Shown piece by piece: positions 1 through 12,964 of a stretch of DNA of 64,000 bases; the first letter of the stretch is position 1, and every line of letters begins with the position of its first letter. A program made the position numbers and the translations under genes. The stretch lies in the NCBI RefSeq assembly GCF_048593235.1, contig NC_133622.1, positions 246,950,055-247,014,054 on the forward strand, read 5' to 3'. The stretch is from Sminthopsis crassicaudata (lineage: Eukaryota). The notes below the pieces were generated by a model. The model ran no database searches. It saw nothing but the letters and a program-made list of their open reading frames with translations, and was not told the origin of the DNA.

Positions 1-1070
1 AATCAAGCCACTCTCCATTTGATAAATGGTAAAAGGATATGAACAGACAATTTTCAGATGGAGAAATTGAAACTATTTCTAGTCATATGAAAAGGTGTTC
101 CAAATCATTGTTAATCAGAGAAATGCAAATTAAAACAACTCTGAGATACCACTACACACCTGTCAGATTGGCTAAGGTGGCAGGAAAAGATAATGACAAA
201 TGTTGGAGGGGATGTGGGAAAACTGGGACACTGATGCATTGTTGGTGGAGTTGTGAATGGATCTAACCATTCTGGAGAGCAATTTGGAATTATGCCCCAA
301 AAGTTATCAAACTGTGCATATTCTTTGATTCAGCAGTGTTATTACTGGGTTTATATCCCAAAGAGATATTAAAGAAAGGAAAGGGACCCATATGTGCAAA
401 AATGTTTGTGGAAGCCCTTTCCATAGTGGCTAGAAACTAGAAATTGAAGATATGCCCAATAATTGGAGAATGGCTAAATAAATTGTGTAATATGAATGTT
501 ATGGAATATTATTGTTCTATAAAAAATGACCAGCAGGATGAATACAGAGAAGCTTGCAGAAACTTACATGAACTGATGCTGAGTTAAATGAGTAGAACCA
601 GGAGATCATTATACACTTCAACAGCAATACTATATGATGATCAGTTCTGATGGATATGGCTCTCTTCAATAATAAAGGGATCCAAATCAGTTCCAATTAA
701 TCTATAATGAACAGAACCAGATACACCCAGAGAAAGAACACTGGGAAATGAGTATGGATCACAACATAATATTTCCATTCTTTCTGTTATTGTTTGCTTG
801 CATTTTGGGTTTTTTTCTTCTTAGGTTATTTTTAATCTTCTTTCTAAATTCAATCTTTCTTATGCAACAAGATAACAACATAAATATGTATACATATATT
901 GTATTTAAGATATACTTTAATATATTTAACATGTATGAGACTACCTGCCATCTGGGGAGGGGATGGAGGGAAGGAGGGGAAAAGTTGAAACAGAAGTTTT
1001 TACAAGGGTCAATGTTGAAAAATTATCCATGCATATATTTTGTATATAAAAAGCTATAATAATAAAAAAA
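1..1070 (+). mobile_element. L1 LINE 3' portion (ORF2 C-terminus, 3' UTR, A-tail)
   Basis: Encodes KCWRGCGKTGTLMHCWWSC (L1 ORF2 C-terminal cysteine-rich motif) with stops, followed by a G-rich 3' UTR and an A-tail at ~1057-1070. Confidence 0.93.
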
Positions 1071-1759
1071 TACATAGAAAGAGAAAAGACATAAAGGTCA
1101 TTTATGGGGAAGACACCAGTAATTAGAAGTTTAAGGAAAGGCTTCTCATAAAAGGTGATACTTCAATTATATCTTAAAGGAACAGAGACAAAAGCAAGAT
1201 ATAGTAACAGGGAGATGGGGTGTGGGAAGAAGAAAGAATGGAGCAAGTTCCTGAAGGAAAACTAACAGGTAGGACTGGGTCTAAGCAGGTACAGTCTAGA
1301 ACCAGGTGTAACCTGCTTGTGAGACCTGATCACAGAATTTGCCCTGAAGAAATCAGCAATCCTACATATTGGGGTTTTGAATTACCATTTTGTTTTTTGT
1401 ACAGACTTAATAAGTTGTTCATAGATGCAGATTTAGCCTAAAAATTTATAGGCATACAATTTGTTTTTCTGGAAAGTCCAGAATTGAACATTTTACTAGC
1501 ACAATCTTACAACACTCTATAAGCATTGTTTAAACTGAAAAAGAGGAAAGTTAAAATCTCAAAGAATGAAAGCATTACCAGAATGAAGGCCTAGAGGCTA
1601 TAGGTTAGCATCATCCTCACCATAATTGTTGTTATTATTATTAGTGGCATTTGTATATTGCTTGAAGCAAGGCTTCATGAGGCTTAAATGAGAAAGTGGA
1701 AGTAAACTACAGTGTGAACATCAGAACAGGCTTCTGTATCTTACACTTATGAGATTCAT

Positions 1760-2010
1760 AATTATGAAAGTATGCACCCAAGTATATTACGTTACAGTTG
1801 TCCCTAGAGGATTTCATTTGACTAGATTCAGCCCAATGTTCTAGCCTGTCAAGCTGCTTTGGGATCCTGATACTTTCAGCTAATGTGCTTAGCAATTTCT
1901 CCCAGCTTTGTGCCATCTGAAAAATGCATAAGTGTAATACCTTTCTTTATCCAAATCATACAAAATAGCTCAGAACCAAGCACAGTTCCCTTGGAACTCC
2001 ATTGGAAACC
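1760..2010 (-). mobile_element. CR1/L3 LINE fragment
   Basis: The minus-strand peptide RIPKQLDRLEHWAESSQMKSSRDNCNVIYLG resembles the C-terminal part of CR1 reverse transcriptase (RIQ.DLDRLE.WA....MKFN..KC.VLHLG). Confidence 0.75.
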
Positions 2011-3249
2011 CCTTTATACATTGATATAAAAGATGAAGACTGAGAGAAGGCCACTAGTTCTGGGAAATAATTCAGTTTGGAGAGAACAGATTCAGTTGAA
2101 TGATGATATCAGAAGCCAATCTGTTGAGTTAAGAAGATGGTGAGAGGAAGGAAATAGAGGCCTTCTCAAGCAGTTTAACCATAAAGAGACTATAATATGG
2201 GACAATAGTTTTAAGTATAGACGATCAAAAAACACCCTTGAGTTTCCATTGATCTGACTTTATTAGTGCTTAATTCTTATCTCTCAGTCTTCCCTACAAG
2301 TATACTATGAAATACTTTAGCAAAAGCTTTGTAAAATCTAAGCTAATTATATCCACAATATTCCCTTCATTTACTAGTTAATATTACTGTCAAAAAAGGA
2401 AATAAGCAACCACGGGTGTGATTTCCTCTCCTTGGCTATCACAAATTCGATAACAACAATCTTTAACGATTATAATGTCTCTAGTTGTGTCCTTCGTCAA
2501 CTGAGAGAGGATATTATAGGCAAGACACAAGACTACATTAACTACTTTTTTCCCCAGAGATTGACAGAAAAGAGCTAAAATTTAGATTTTCTTCGTACCA
2601 AGTATATCTTATTTCTGGGTCAGCATTGTGTTGTCTCTCAAGAACCTGTCTGAATTCCTCTTGCAGTCCTGTGAGAGAAATGATTATTAATTGCCAATGA
2701 TTTGGGGAAATTCAGATTTACTCTTTTTTATTCACATTTCAAGAATTTGTATCTGAAGGCTGAGTTAAACTTCTCTTCCATCCAGACCCCACCCCCATAG
2801 TGCAGCCAATGTACTCCACTCTGGTTTGGGAGAAATTCTTGGAACCATTTGTCCAAGGCTGGGGCTAATCTCAGAAGCTAATGATATAATCAGAGCTCAG
2901 GTCCAGCCCCTCACTGTAATATTTATTCTTTCATTAAGATTAACCACTCAGTTGATTGCCACCCTCAGGAGCACTCCTCTTCCAAAAGGCATATAAACTG
3001 GGAGTCCCAAGGGCATGATTGCCTTTGTCCTAAGAGAGAGAAGGTCAAATGATCATCCTTTTATTAAAATGCTTTAAGTATTACTAAAATTATTAAATTA
3101 CCCAGAAACGATGTCTTTCAAGCCTTTTAAAATGCTTGTAAGCAAGAGAATATCCTCATGGGGCTAATCTTCTATTTCCTGTTCCACTGATCCTCACCCA
3201 AACACTCCTTATTCACTCCTGCTAGCTATTGTCCTTATTTTTCCTTTTT

Positions 3250-3500
3250 TTCTGCAGCTAAACCCCAAGAGAAGGCTACCATTCTCTTTCTTTTCACCTT
3301 CTTCATAACTCTACAGACTGGCATCTGACATCATTATTCAGCTGAAGCTGGTCTCTCCAAAGTAACCAATGCTCTTTTTTATTCTCCAATCGCAAGGCCT
3401 TTTCTCATTCTTTATTCTTCTTTACCTCCCTGTAATCTTTGATATTATTGACCAGGCTCTTTTCCTTCACACTCACTTCTCTTGGCTTTTGTGACACATT
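3250..3500. mobile_element. Old L2 fragment
   Basis: Pyrimidine-rich sequence resembling L2 ORF2 (gctggtctctccaaagtaaccaatg...ttttctcattc...tttgatattattgacc). Confidence 0.55.
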
Positions 3501-3699
3501 TCTTTCCCAGTTAACTTTAATATGCACTTTAAAAAAATATCAAACCCCAAATATCAGAAGCTCATAGATTCACATTCAATTCTCATTGGTGTTCTTTTTC
3601 TATAGAAATATTAGTGTTCTTTATAACAGTCAAATTCATAAGATAGAAAAATAATCAACTGTCAAGAGATGGAGCCTGGAGGTCTCTCCCAAGTCCATG

Positions 3700-3775
3700 G
3701 CTCTATGACTCTCGAGTTCTATGACTCGAGTTCCATGACTCTATGACTCCAGGATTCTATGATTTTAAGATTCCA
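3700..3775 (+). repeat. Degenerate (TTCTATGA)n-like short tandem repeat upstream of exon 1
   Basis: ctatgactctcgagttctatgactcgagttccatgactctatgactccaggattctatgatt; resembles a CR1/MIR-type 3' tail. Confidence 0.6.
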
Positions 3776-3877
3776 ATAGAAAACAGAGGACTAGCCGAGC
3801 AGCCCAGAGGAGAAGCAGAATGTGACGTGGATGGCGAGGCTCATCTGCTTCGATTCTGAGCAGATCTCTGCCCCAGA

Positions 3878-4036
3878 ATGAATTCCAACATCATGGAGGC
3901 AAAGCCAAGGCCCAAAGAAAAGATGAAGAGGTTTCTAAATCCTCGCCGTAAAGGGAAGCTAAAAATGATGGCAGCTCCTCACAAATGTCAAGATTTTGTG
4001 CCAAGTCTGCTTAAAGGGAAGCCAAAGATGATGGGG
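3878..4036 (+). CDS. MS4A14: MS4A14-like coding exon 1 (N-terminal cytoplasmic region, 53 aa)
   Basis: ATG at 3878. Ends ...SLLKGKPKMMG, matching the MS4A 'FLKGEPKxLG' motif before TM1. Donor GGG|gtaggt, phase 0. Confidence 0.85.
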
Positions 4037-6390
4037 GTAGGTCACATCTGTTCCTTACACAGAAGAAGCTGATCATTCCTTTTACTCTTTGCAGATTGGG
4101 GATTCAGACTGGCAGGCAACAGGATCACAGAGAAGGGACTAAGTATAACAGTTTTAAGTTTCCTTGTACACTATCCATGAGACATCTAAACCCTGATCTT
4201 CTGTTTTCTAACCTTAATTTCATTTCTACTGGACACTTAACTGACTAAAAAAAAATTAGCTTGTGTTGTTGACATACAAGATGATTAAAAACAAAAAGGT
4301 TATGGTAAAAAAAAATCCCCAAACCAAAACCTCTGCCCAGAGTTTTGAAGACCACCTCTTTCTTACATGAGGACAGATTTTATAAAAATAGGTGAGAGCT
4401 CTAACAGAAGATCATGGTTGTCTCTGTACAAGGAGGCACTGAGGTATACTAGATAGAGACCCTACCTTAAATCCTGAGCCTTTTATTGGAAGAAAGGGAA
4501 ATTATACAATCAGTTCACAGGTATTTATTAAGTACCTACTACTTACCAAAGTGCTGGGAATACAAAATCTAAAGTTTCTCCCCTGAGAAACATAAATTTT
4601 AATGAGGAAGATAGTGTATCTCTCTCTCTCTTAAGTATTTACAAAATACAAGAACTCCAGGAGAAGGAGGGCAATAGCAGCTTCAGGGAGAAGGCTGAAT
4701 TTTAGCTGAGTTTCAAAGGAAGCCAGGGATTCCATAGGATAGAGATGAAGTGGGAAAACATTTAAGAAGGAGAGAAAGCCACTGCAAATAAATATTGGAA
4801 GGTGTGTAAGGAACAATTTAAGCAGGTCATTGTGCCTGGATTATATAATATATAGAGAGAAAAACATGTATACCAAGACTGTTACGGAAGGAAGGGGCCC
4901 TGTTGAGGAGTATTTTAATTAAAAAAAAAAAAAAACCTCCTTTTTTACCCAAAATTAATGGGGGTTCATTCACATTTATTAGGCAGGGAGTGATATGATT
5001 AGACCCTCAATTTACAAAAATTACTTTGGCAACTAAATGAAAGCAGGGAAGATAGAGGGAAGTAGGGAGAAACAAGGTATGATGACTCAAAAAGAGCTCA
5101 TTGAAATGGTCCAGGTGAGAGGGCCTGAACTAGATTGGTGCTGTGTGAGAGGAGAGAAGAAAGAATGCATAAAAGATATCATGAGGATAGGAATGACAAA
5201 TTTGGCCACTGACTGGATGATATGCAGTAATAAGGATGTTCTTCAGAATTATTCGGAATTCAGAAAGGGGGAGGAGATAATCCTATTTCCCTAGTGGGAA
5301 TTGGCCAGTCCACACTGGTAAACCAACTAATTATAGGATGACAAACAAAACACTCCACTGTTTCAAAGGACTATTTGGCTTTTAGAAAAGGTATTTTAAA
5401 TGTTAAAACCAGGGAATACATGAGTTTACTCTCAGCAACATTATGCAGAAAGAAGAATCAGAGGATCCTATCTCTCTGCTCTGCTTGTTTCCTCCTCCCT
5501 CTCCCACAATCTTTGCTGTTGGAAATGGAAAATGATTCATGAACGTTTCTATAATCTTAGCTTGAGGAAAAAACTAAAATTAAGGGAAGGCTGGTCATAG
5601 TGGGGAGAGAAAGAGAGAGATAAAAGGAACTGATCATCCACCAAGTATTGTCATTTCTTAATTCATCTTATCATTTAGGTCTCTTCTACACATCCCTAAA
5701 AAAGGTCAAGTCCTCATTATTTTTTCCTAATGATTTTTTTAATTTTATTTTTGGGAGTGCTTAATATTCATTCTTTTTTACATTTTAATTATTTATTTTT
5801 AACATTTTTTTTTTAAATTCTGAATTCCAAATTCTCTCCCTCCCACTTCTCTCCCATTCTCTGAGAAGGTAAGCAATGATACCAATTACAGAATATAAAA
5901 CATATTTTTTTATTTAAAAAAAATAAGAAAAATAAAGTAAGAAAATTATACTTCCATTTGCACTCAGTATATCAATTCTGGAGATGAACAGCATTTTTAT
6001 ATCATAAGTACTTTGGAATTGTGTAGGATCATTGCATTGATAAAAGTAGTCAAATATGTCACAGTTGGTCATCATTATAACATTGCTGTGACTATCTATA
6101 CACTATTTCAGGGTTCTCACTTTGCATCAGTTTATATGGGTCCTGATATGCTTTTCTGAAACCATCTGTGATAAGCCTCCACAGCTGTGGACCATAACAT
6201 CTGAAAGAGTTGCAAGGCAGCCTTTGTTGACACAGGTATTGCTGACTAGGAATGAGATAAATTGGAGGCAGAGGGAAGAGGAGAGGTCACATAACGCAAC
6301 AGCATCTCAGTAAGAGACTGCCTCTCAGTCTCCTTGTATCATCCTCTCACAAGAGGAGATCCATTCTGCAGGTCTGGATTGGATCTCCAG

Positions 6391-6670
6391 GGGACAGCTA
6401 GGGGGGCAGCTAGGTGGCACAGTAGATAGAGTATCAGCCCTGAAGTCAGGAGGACCTGAGTTCAAATCTGATCTCAGANNNNNNNNNNNNNNNNNNNNNN
6501 NNNNNNNNNNNNNNNNNNNNNNNNNNNNNNNNNNNNNNNNNNNNNNNNNNNNNNNNNNNNNNNNNNNNNNNNNNNNNNNNNNNNNNNNNNNNNNNNNNNN
6601 NNNNNNNNNNNNNNNNNNNNNNNNNNNNNNNNNNNNNNNNNNNNNNNNNNNCCTCAGGGAAAAAAAATGG
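6391..6670 (+). mobile_element. WSINE1-type SINE spanning the assembly gap
   Basis: ggggcagctaggtggcacagtagatagag head and cctcagggaaaaaaaa tail. 12-bp TSD TTGGATCTCCAG on both sides. Confidence 0.85.
6479..6651. other. Assembly gap (173 N)
   Basis: Run of N in the sequence. Confidence 1.
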
Positions 6671-7309
6671 GTTGGATCTCCAGCAGCTATTGTCAGCTGG
6701 CTCCTGTAAACCAGACATCTGAAACTTCATCATTTCTTAAAGTACAACAGTAGTCTACCCCAATTGTACGCCATAATTTGTTCAGCTATTCCCCAATTGA
6801 TGGGCATCCCTTCAATTTCCAACTCCTTGCTACCACAAAAAGAGGAGCTATACATGGTTTTGTACCTGTAGGTCCTTTTCCTTTTTCTTTGAATTTTTTG
6901 GGATACAGACATAATACTGATAATGCTGGGTCAAAAGATAGGTACAGTTTTATAATCCTTTGGTCCTAGTTCCAAATTTTCTCCAGAATAGGTTGGACCA
7001 GTTACTAGTCCATCAAGAGTTCATTAGTGTGCCTATTTTTCTTCATCTTCTCTAGCATTAGTCATTTCTGATAATCATGAAGTGAAACCTCAGAGTTGTT
7101 TTAATTTGCATTTCTCAGTTGTAATTTAGGGCCTTTTTAATGATTATAGATAGCCTTGATTTCTTCTTTTGAAAATTGCCTTTGACTACTCATCAATTGG
7201 AGAATAGATCTCTTTTTATAAATTTGATTCAATTCTATATTCAGTATATATTTGAAAAATGAGGCCTTTATTAAAGAAATTTGCTGTGAAACTTTTCTTC
7301 TATATTACT

Positions 7310-9780
7310 TTATTGTCTATGGTACCTTTTAGCATAATGTAATTTCCCTTCTCTCTTTTAATTAATTCTAGTTTTTTTCTTTTTTTTCCTTGAAATCATG
7401 ATTGCTACCCTTGCTTTTCTTTACTCAGCTGAAGCATGTTTAGATTTTTGCTTCAGGCCTTTATTTTAACTATGTGTGTGTATGTTTCTATGTCAAGTAT
7501 GTCTCATAAATAATATATTGATGGATTCTATCCATTCTGTTATTTAATTCCATTTTATGGGTGAGCTCATCCTATTCATACTCACAAATATAATTACTGT
7601 GTATTTTCCTTCATTCCATTTTTTCTACTTGACATTCTCTCTGTCTCTGTTTCCCTCCCTATCTCTCTGTCTCTCTGTGTCTGCCTCTAGCTCTCTGTCT
7701 CTCCTCAAAAGCCTGTTTTACCTCTAACCACTGACTCCTTTAATCACTCTCCCTTTTTACATCCTTCCACCCCTTCTTTTATCACTTTCCTCTCCTATTT
7801 CTCTATTTGGTAAGTCATTTCCATACACAACTAAGAATGTATATATTTTCTTCTCTTTTTGATCCATTCCAACTAGAGTAAGCTTCAAACATTGCCCATT
7901 GTCCCATTATTTTCCTCTTCATTATAAAAGCTCTTCCTTGTGCTCTTCTTTTATGTGAGAAAATTTCCCCCATTATATCTTTCTTCCTTCCCCCTTCTCC
8001 CAGTGCATTCCTCTTTCTCACCTCTTCATTTTTTTGAGATCATTCCAATATAATCAACTCACATCCATATCCTATGTCTATGTAAACTTTTTAAGTGTTT
8101 TTTTTAATGACAGAGTTCCAAAGAATTATATGCATCATCAGTTTAATTTTATTGAGTTCCTTATGATTTCTCTTTTAAGTTTTCTATTTATGCTGTTCTT
8201 GTATTTGAAGGTCAAATTTTCTATTCAGTATTGGTGGTCTTATAGGAATGCTTGAAAATCCTCTATTTCGTTAAATATCCATTTTCCCCTTCATAAGATT
8301 ACACTCAATTTTGCTGGGAAAGTGGTTCTTGGTTTCAGTCCTAGCTCCTTTGCCTTTCAGAATATTGTATTCCAAGCCTTCTGTTCTTTTAATGTGGAAA
8401 CTGCTAAATCTTTTGTGATCCTGACTGTGACTCCATATTTGATTTCTTTCTTTCTGGCTGTGTAAAGTATTTTTTTTCTTTGACCTGGGAGCTCTGGAAT
8501 TTGGCTATGATATTCCTGGGGGGGAAGGGGTTCATTTTGAGATCTCTTTCATCTTTCCAGTTTTATCTTCTAAATCTATAATGCTTTATTGTTTTTAATG
8601 CTTATATCATAGTCATTAGTTTCTATTTGTCCAATTCTAATTTTTAATGAATTATTTTCTTCAGTGAGCTTTTGTACTTCTTTTTCCAGTTGGTCTATTC
8701 TACTTTTAAGGAGTTCTTCTCTTGGATGAATTTTTGTGCTTCTTTTACCACCTGACCCAATTCTGGTTTTAATGTATTATTTTATTTAGTATTTTGTACC
8801 TCTTTTACCAACCATTAATTCTCTTTTAATAATTTTCTTGCATCACTTCCAATTTTTTTCTATGACTCTTATTTCTTTCTTTAATGTACCAGGAATTCTT
8901 GTTATGTTTAACTCTAGTTAGCATTTTTCTTTAAGGGTTTGTTTGTAGTTGTTTTCATACTGTCCTCTTCTCCTGAGCTTCTACTTTGATTTTCCCTCCC
9001 ATCACAAGAATTTTTTATAGTTAATTTCTTTGTTCATTCATTTTTCTAGTCCATTTTTCTTTAACTTTGAACTTTATGTTAAAAGTTTTACAGCCAACCT
9101 TTTGACTTTGTACTTACTATATGTTAAAGTGGGACTCTGCAGCCCAGTGGATGGGGAGGTACTCTCCCAAGCTTCAGGTTTTTCTGTGCTATTTTCAGAG
9201 CTAATTCTAGTGATCTACAGGTTTTTGGCGCTTTCAAAGTAGGTAGATCCTGGGTGAGATATGGTCATTGTTCTCCTAGTCCCCTGAACCACAAGCGGTG
9301 GTTTCTCTTTGCTCTGGAACTATGACCAAGACCTCTGCTCCATTGTGACTGACTACTAGAACCTGTCTCCCAATCTGGAACTGCAACTTAAAACTGAGTA
9401 TTATTGGTAGAATTGCCAATTGGTGCCAGCTATACCCAGTGGCCAGCAAAGCATTTTCTGTAATCTCTTTCTGATCAGTTTTCTGTCCTCCTTACTGACT
9501 CTGGACTAAAAGTGCCTGAAGTTTCTGCTGTGGCTGCTACTCAGCCTCTGTTGCCAATACTTCATGTGTGAACTTCAGTCAGGCCACCAGCCTGATGTCA
9601 CAGACCTCACCTGCTGACCTTCTAAGTTTTCTTAGGCTGGAAATTTTTCTCACCCTGACCTTTTGTTGGCATTACTATCCCATAATTGATTTGAGGAATT
9701 ATTTTAACGTTGTTGGAGGGGAATGTTGGGTGACTGTGCCAATCTGCCATCTTAGTCCTGTATTATTTTATTTCTATCCT
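7310..9780 (-). mobile_element. Older L1/HAL1-like element (5' UTR, ORF1 region, 3' region), antisense
   Basis: T-rich reverse ORF1-like sequence. The reverse 5' UTR near 9650-9770 resembles the element head at 59445. Confidence 0.6.
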
Positions 9781-10234
9781 GAAAGCTGGCTGTCCTACTC
9801 CCTGTAAGATATCTTTCCTTAATCAAATTATATTGTTAAGTGATTATCAAATGTGATTCCATCTAGAAATGAGCCTTATTTTGATAACACATTTTTGACT
9901 GCCTTACTTTAAAAATTTTCCATTATTCCTTATTGCCTACAATAAAATACAAACTACTTGAACTGGCACTGAAAGCCTCTAATATTGCTCAGCCACACTA
10001 CTCTTGTTTTATAGTTTGTCTTCATACACAGTTCATTCTGATCAAACTACTTTTCTCTCAGTTCTCTGGATGCATCATTCCCTATCCCACTTCCATTGCT
10101 TAGAACAGGTCATCCCTGGACCCCTGCTTTTTCATGTTAGAGTAAAATCCTTAGCTTCCTTTAAAGAGCAGCTTACATGCCAATTCCTCCAAAAGGTTTT
10201 CCTTGATTCCCCTCTCCCCAACATTATTAGTGTA

Positions 10235-11078
10235 ACCTGTCAGATTGGCTAAGATGACAGGAACAAATAATGACAAATGTTGGAGGGGATGTGGGGAAAT
10301 TGGGACACTAATACATTGCTGGTGGAGTTGTGAAAGAATCCAGCCATTCTGGAGAGCAATCTGGAATTATGCCCAAAAAGTTATCAAACTGTGCATACCC
10401 TTTGACCCAGCAGCGCTACTACTGGGATTATATCCCAAAGAAATACTAAAGAGCGGAAAGAGACATATATTTGCCAAAATGTTTGTGGCAGCTCTTTTTG
10501 TTGTAGCTAGAAACTGGAAGATGAATGGATGTCCATCAGTTGGAGAATGGTTGGGTAAATTGTGGTATATGAAGGTTATGGAATATTATTGCTCGGTAAG
10601 AAATGACCAGCAGGAGGAATACAGAGAGGTTTGGAGAGACTTACATCAACTGATGCTGAGTGAAATGAGCAGAACCAGAAGATCGCTGTACACTTCAACA
10701 AGAATACTGTATGAGGATGTATTCTGATGGAAGTGGAAATCTTCAACATAAAGAAGATCCAACTCACTTCCAGTTGATCAATGATGGACAGAGGTAGCTA
10801 CACCCAGAGAAGAAACACTGGAAGGGGAATGAAAATTGTTAGCACTAATATCTGTCTGCCCAGGTTGCATGTACCTTCGGATTCTAATGTTTATTGTGCA
10901 ACAAGAAAATGATATTCGCACACATGTATTGTACCTAGACTATATTGTAACACATGTAAAATGTATGGTATTGCCTGTCATTGGGGGGAGGGAATAGAGG
11001 GAGGGGGGGTAATTTGGAAAAATGAATACAAGGGATAATATTATAAAATATATATATATATATATAAAATTAAAAAAA
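10235..11078 (+). mobile_element. Young 5'-truncated L1 inserted in an L2 fragment
   Basis: Uninterrupted 160-aa ORF2 C-terminus (10245-10727), 3' UTR and (TA)n/A tail. 15-bp TSD AACATTATTAGTGTA (10220-10234 / 11079-11093). Confidence 0.95.
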
Positions 11079-11174
11079 AACATTATTAGTGTACTCCTAA
11101 AAATTACTTTTTCATTAATTTGTATTTAATTACTTATGTTAATGTTGTATCTATTAAATATGGAGGGGAAGAGA

Positions 11175-11385
11175 AGGAACATTTATTAAGCACCTGTAAT
11201 GTAACAAAACATTGTACTTTAAAAATACTATCTTATTTGAACCTCATCACAATTCTGGGAATCCCCATTCTGCAGATGAGAAAACTGAGGCTGAGATTAA
11301 GTTATTTACCCAGGACCACAAATTAATAAATATTTGAAACTGTACTTGAACTCAGGTCTTCCTGAGTCCAGGCCCAGCACTTTAC
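11175..11385 (-). mobile_element. MAR1/MIR SINE
   Basis: Core-SINE reverse motifs cccattctgcagatgagaaaactgaggc and ttgaactcaggtcttcctga. Confidence 0.75.
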
Positions 11386-11769
11386 TTATGATATTACCAT
11401 TTATAGTAGCATGTAAACACCTTTTAGGCAGGGACAGTTTCTTTTTCCTGTTTTTGCACCTCCAGAATTGAATATGGTATCTTGCATATACTAAGTACTC
11501 AGTGTTTGTTGTCTTTCACTGAAAAGAATTGTCAATTCAAGGTGGGACTCTCTTTGCCCCATGCCCTGGCAGCTTTATCCATCTGAGATCAGGTATTATC
11601 ATTTCTAACGAGGGTAAGAACTTGATTGAAAAAAAAGGATAAAAGACTGGTGGATAATATGGTCTCGTTCATTATGGCCTCCCCACCAGTTCCACTTATG
11701 AAAGAATAATTTGTTTAAAAAGCAATCTACTCTTGCACCCATTTTCAAATTTTCTATTTTTTTACACAG

Positions 11770-11907
11770 GTTCTCCAGATCCTGATAGGTCTAATCATCA
11801 CTTCATTTGGAGCCTTTTTGTTTTCCAATACCAACAAAATTGGCCTTCCAAAGTCAAGTATCCCTCGTTTCTTTATCACCAGGTATCCATTCTGGACAGG
11901 AGCATGT
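11770..11907 (+). CDS. MS4A14: MS4A14-like exon 2 (TM1 and start of TM2, 46 aa)
   Basis: tttacacag|GTT...TGT|gtgagt. VLQILIGLIITSFGAFLF...RYPFWTGAC contains the MS4A hallmarks QIL(I)G and YPFW. Confidence 0.95.
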
Positions 11908-12910
11908 GTGAGTATAGTGAACAAAATAATTTTAGTTGAAAAAAACTATTTTGAAATTTCTAGTAGGGCCCAGGAACCTGATTCTATCCATATAAGATGC
12001 TAAGCTTGTCCAATTTTGCAAAGGATTATGAAAAGATGAAAGCCTGCCTATCTCCTGATACTGGGTACCAATAGGATAGCAATTAGGATAAGTGAGGGGT
12101 GTCTAGCTTGTATTCTTTGCCCAGTCTCCTGTCCAGTTTTCCAGCAATCTTGGAATCTGCCATAACAGCAGAAGCCTCCTCTAAATCAAGGTATAAGCTA
12201 GACTTCACAGGAGACTGTCTAAGGGATTCCCCTTAGTTTTCCTTCCCCTTCAAAAACTGGATAAAGAATGTAACCAGATGTAACCACTTGGAAGCCAACA
12301 TTGAGAAGAATGAGACTGGATGGCTGCCTTCCTTTCCCATTTCTGCTCTGTTCACATTTTCCTATGTGTTAGTGTTCTGAAGGCACCAACTTGATCTCTC
12401 CCCTACTTTACACAGAGACCTTCATGGTCTTGCCAATTCCTAGTTAAATAAGCTAACTCCTACTTCTCCTGGTATTGCAAGCCCTTCCCACTCTGATTCT
12501 CACATATCTTTTCTGCCTCAAAGCATACTACTATTCTTGACCCAACTTCTAATTCTCAGACAAGTGGACTACTACTCTCCATTATATCCCATTGTCATCA
12601 GATCCTTTCATATGATCATTGTCCCTCTCTGTACCAGGTTTGAAGTATCTTCTCCAAACTTTTCTAATTCCTTCAACTGAAAGAGATCTCTCTCATTTGA
12701 AATGAATCTGAAACTCTGGATTTCTCTTTTGCCCCTATAATATTGTGACTTACATTGTACCCTCCTCCCTTTTGATCCACTATGGCATCCCTTTGCTGCT
12801 TTGAGCTCCTCTGCTGATGTCCTGAGAGTCTGGTGAAGATATAAATCAATAGATTTGTAGCCTCTGGTGGCTACCGGCATTCACTAACAAATTTACTTTC
12901 TTCTTCACAG

Positions 12911-12964
12911 TACACCATTACAGGAGTCTTTACCATTCTTAATGTTGTGAAATATGAAAGTCAG
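12911..12964 (+). CDS. MS4A14: MS4A14-like exon 3 (rest of TM2, 18 aa)
   Basis: ttcttcacag|TAC...CAG|gtaaga. YTITGVFTILNVVKYESQ is the short MS4A 'FIISGSL' exon equivalent. Phase 0. Confidence 0.9.

Larger units (their letters stand above)
6169..6717. mobile_element. Solo LTR inserted in L1
   Basis: TG...CA termini with a 4-bp TSD TCTG (6165-6168 / 6718-6721). L1 sequence resumes on both sides. Confidence 0.55.
5740..7310 (-). mobile_element. L1 3' portion, antisense, interrupted by an LTR and a SINE
   Basis: T-rich reverse tail at ~5740-5820, reverse L1 3' UTR, and reverse ORF2 peptide (YKTMYSSSF...MPINWG) after 6722. Confidence 0.8.

Noticed and set aside
10245-10727. 160-aa ORF as a host gene
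   Set aside because: It is the L1 ORF2 C-terminus in a 5'-truncated copy bounded by TSDs.
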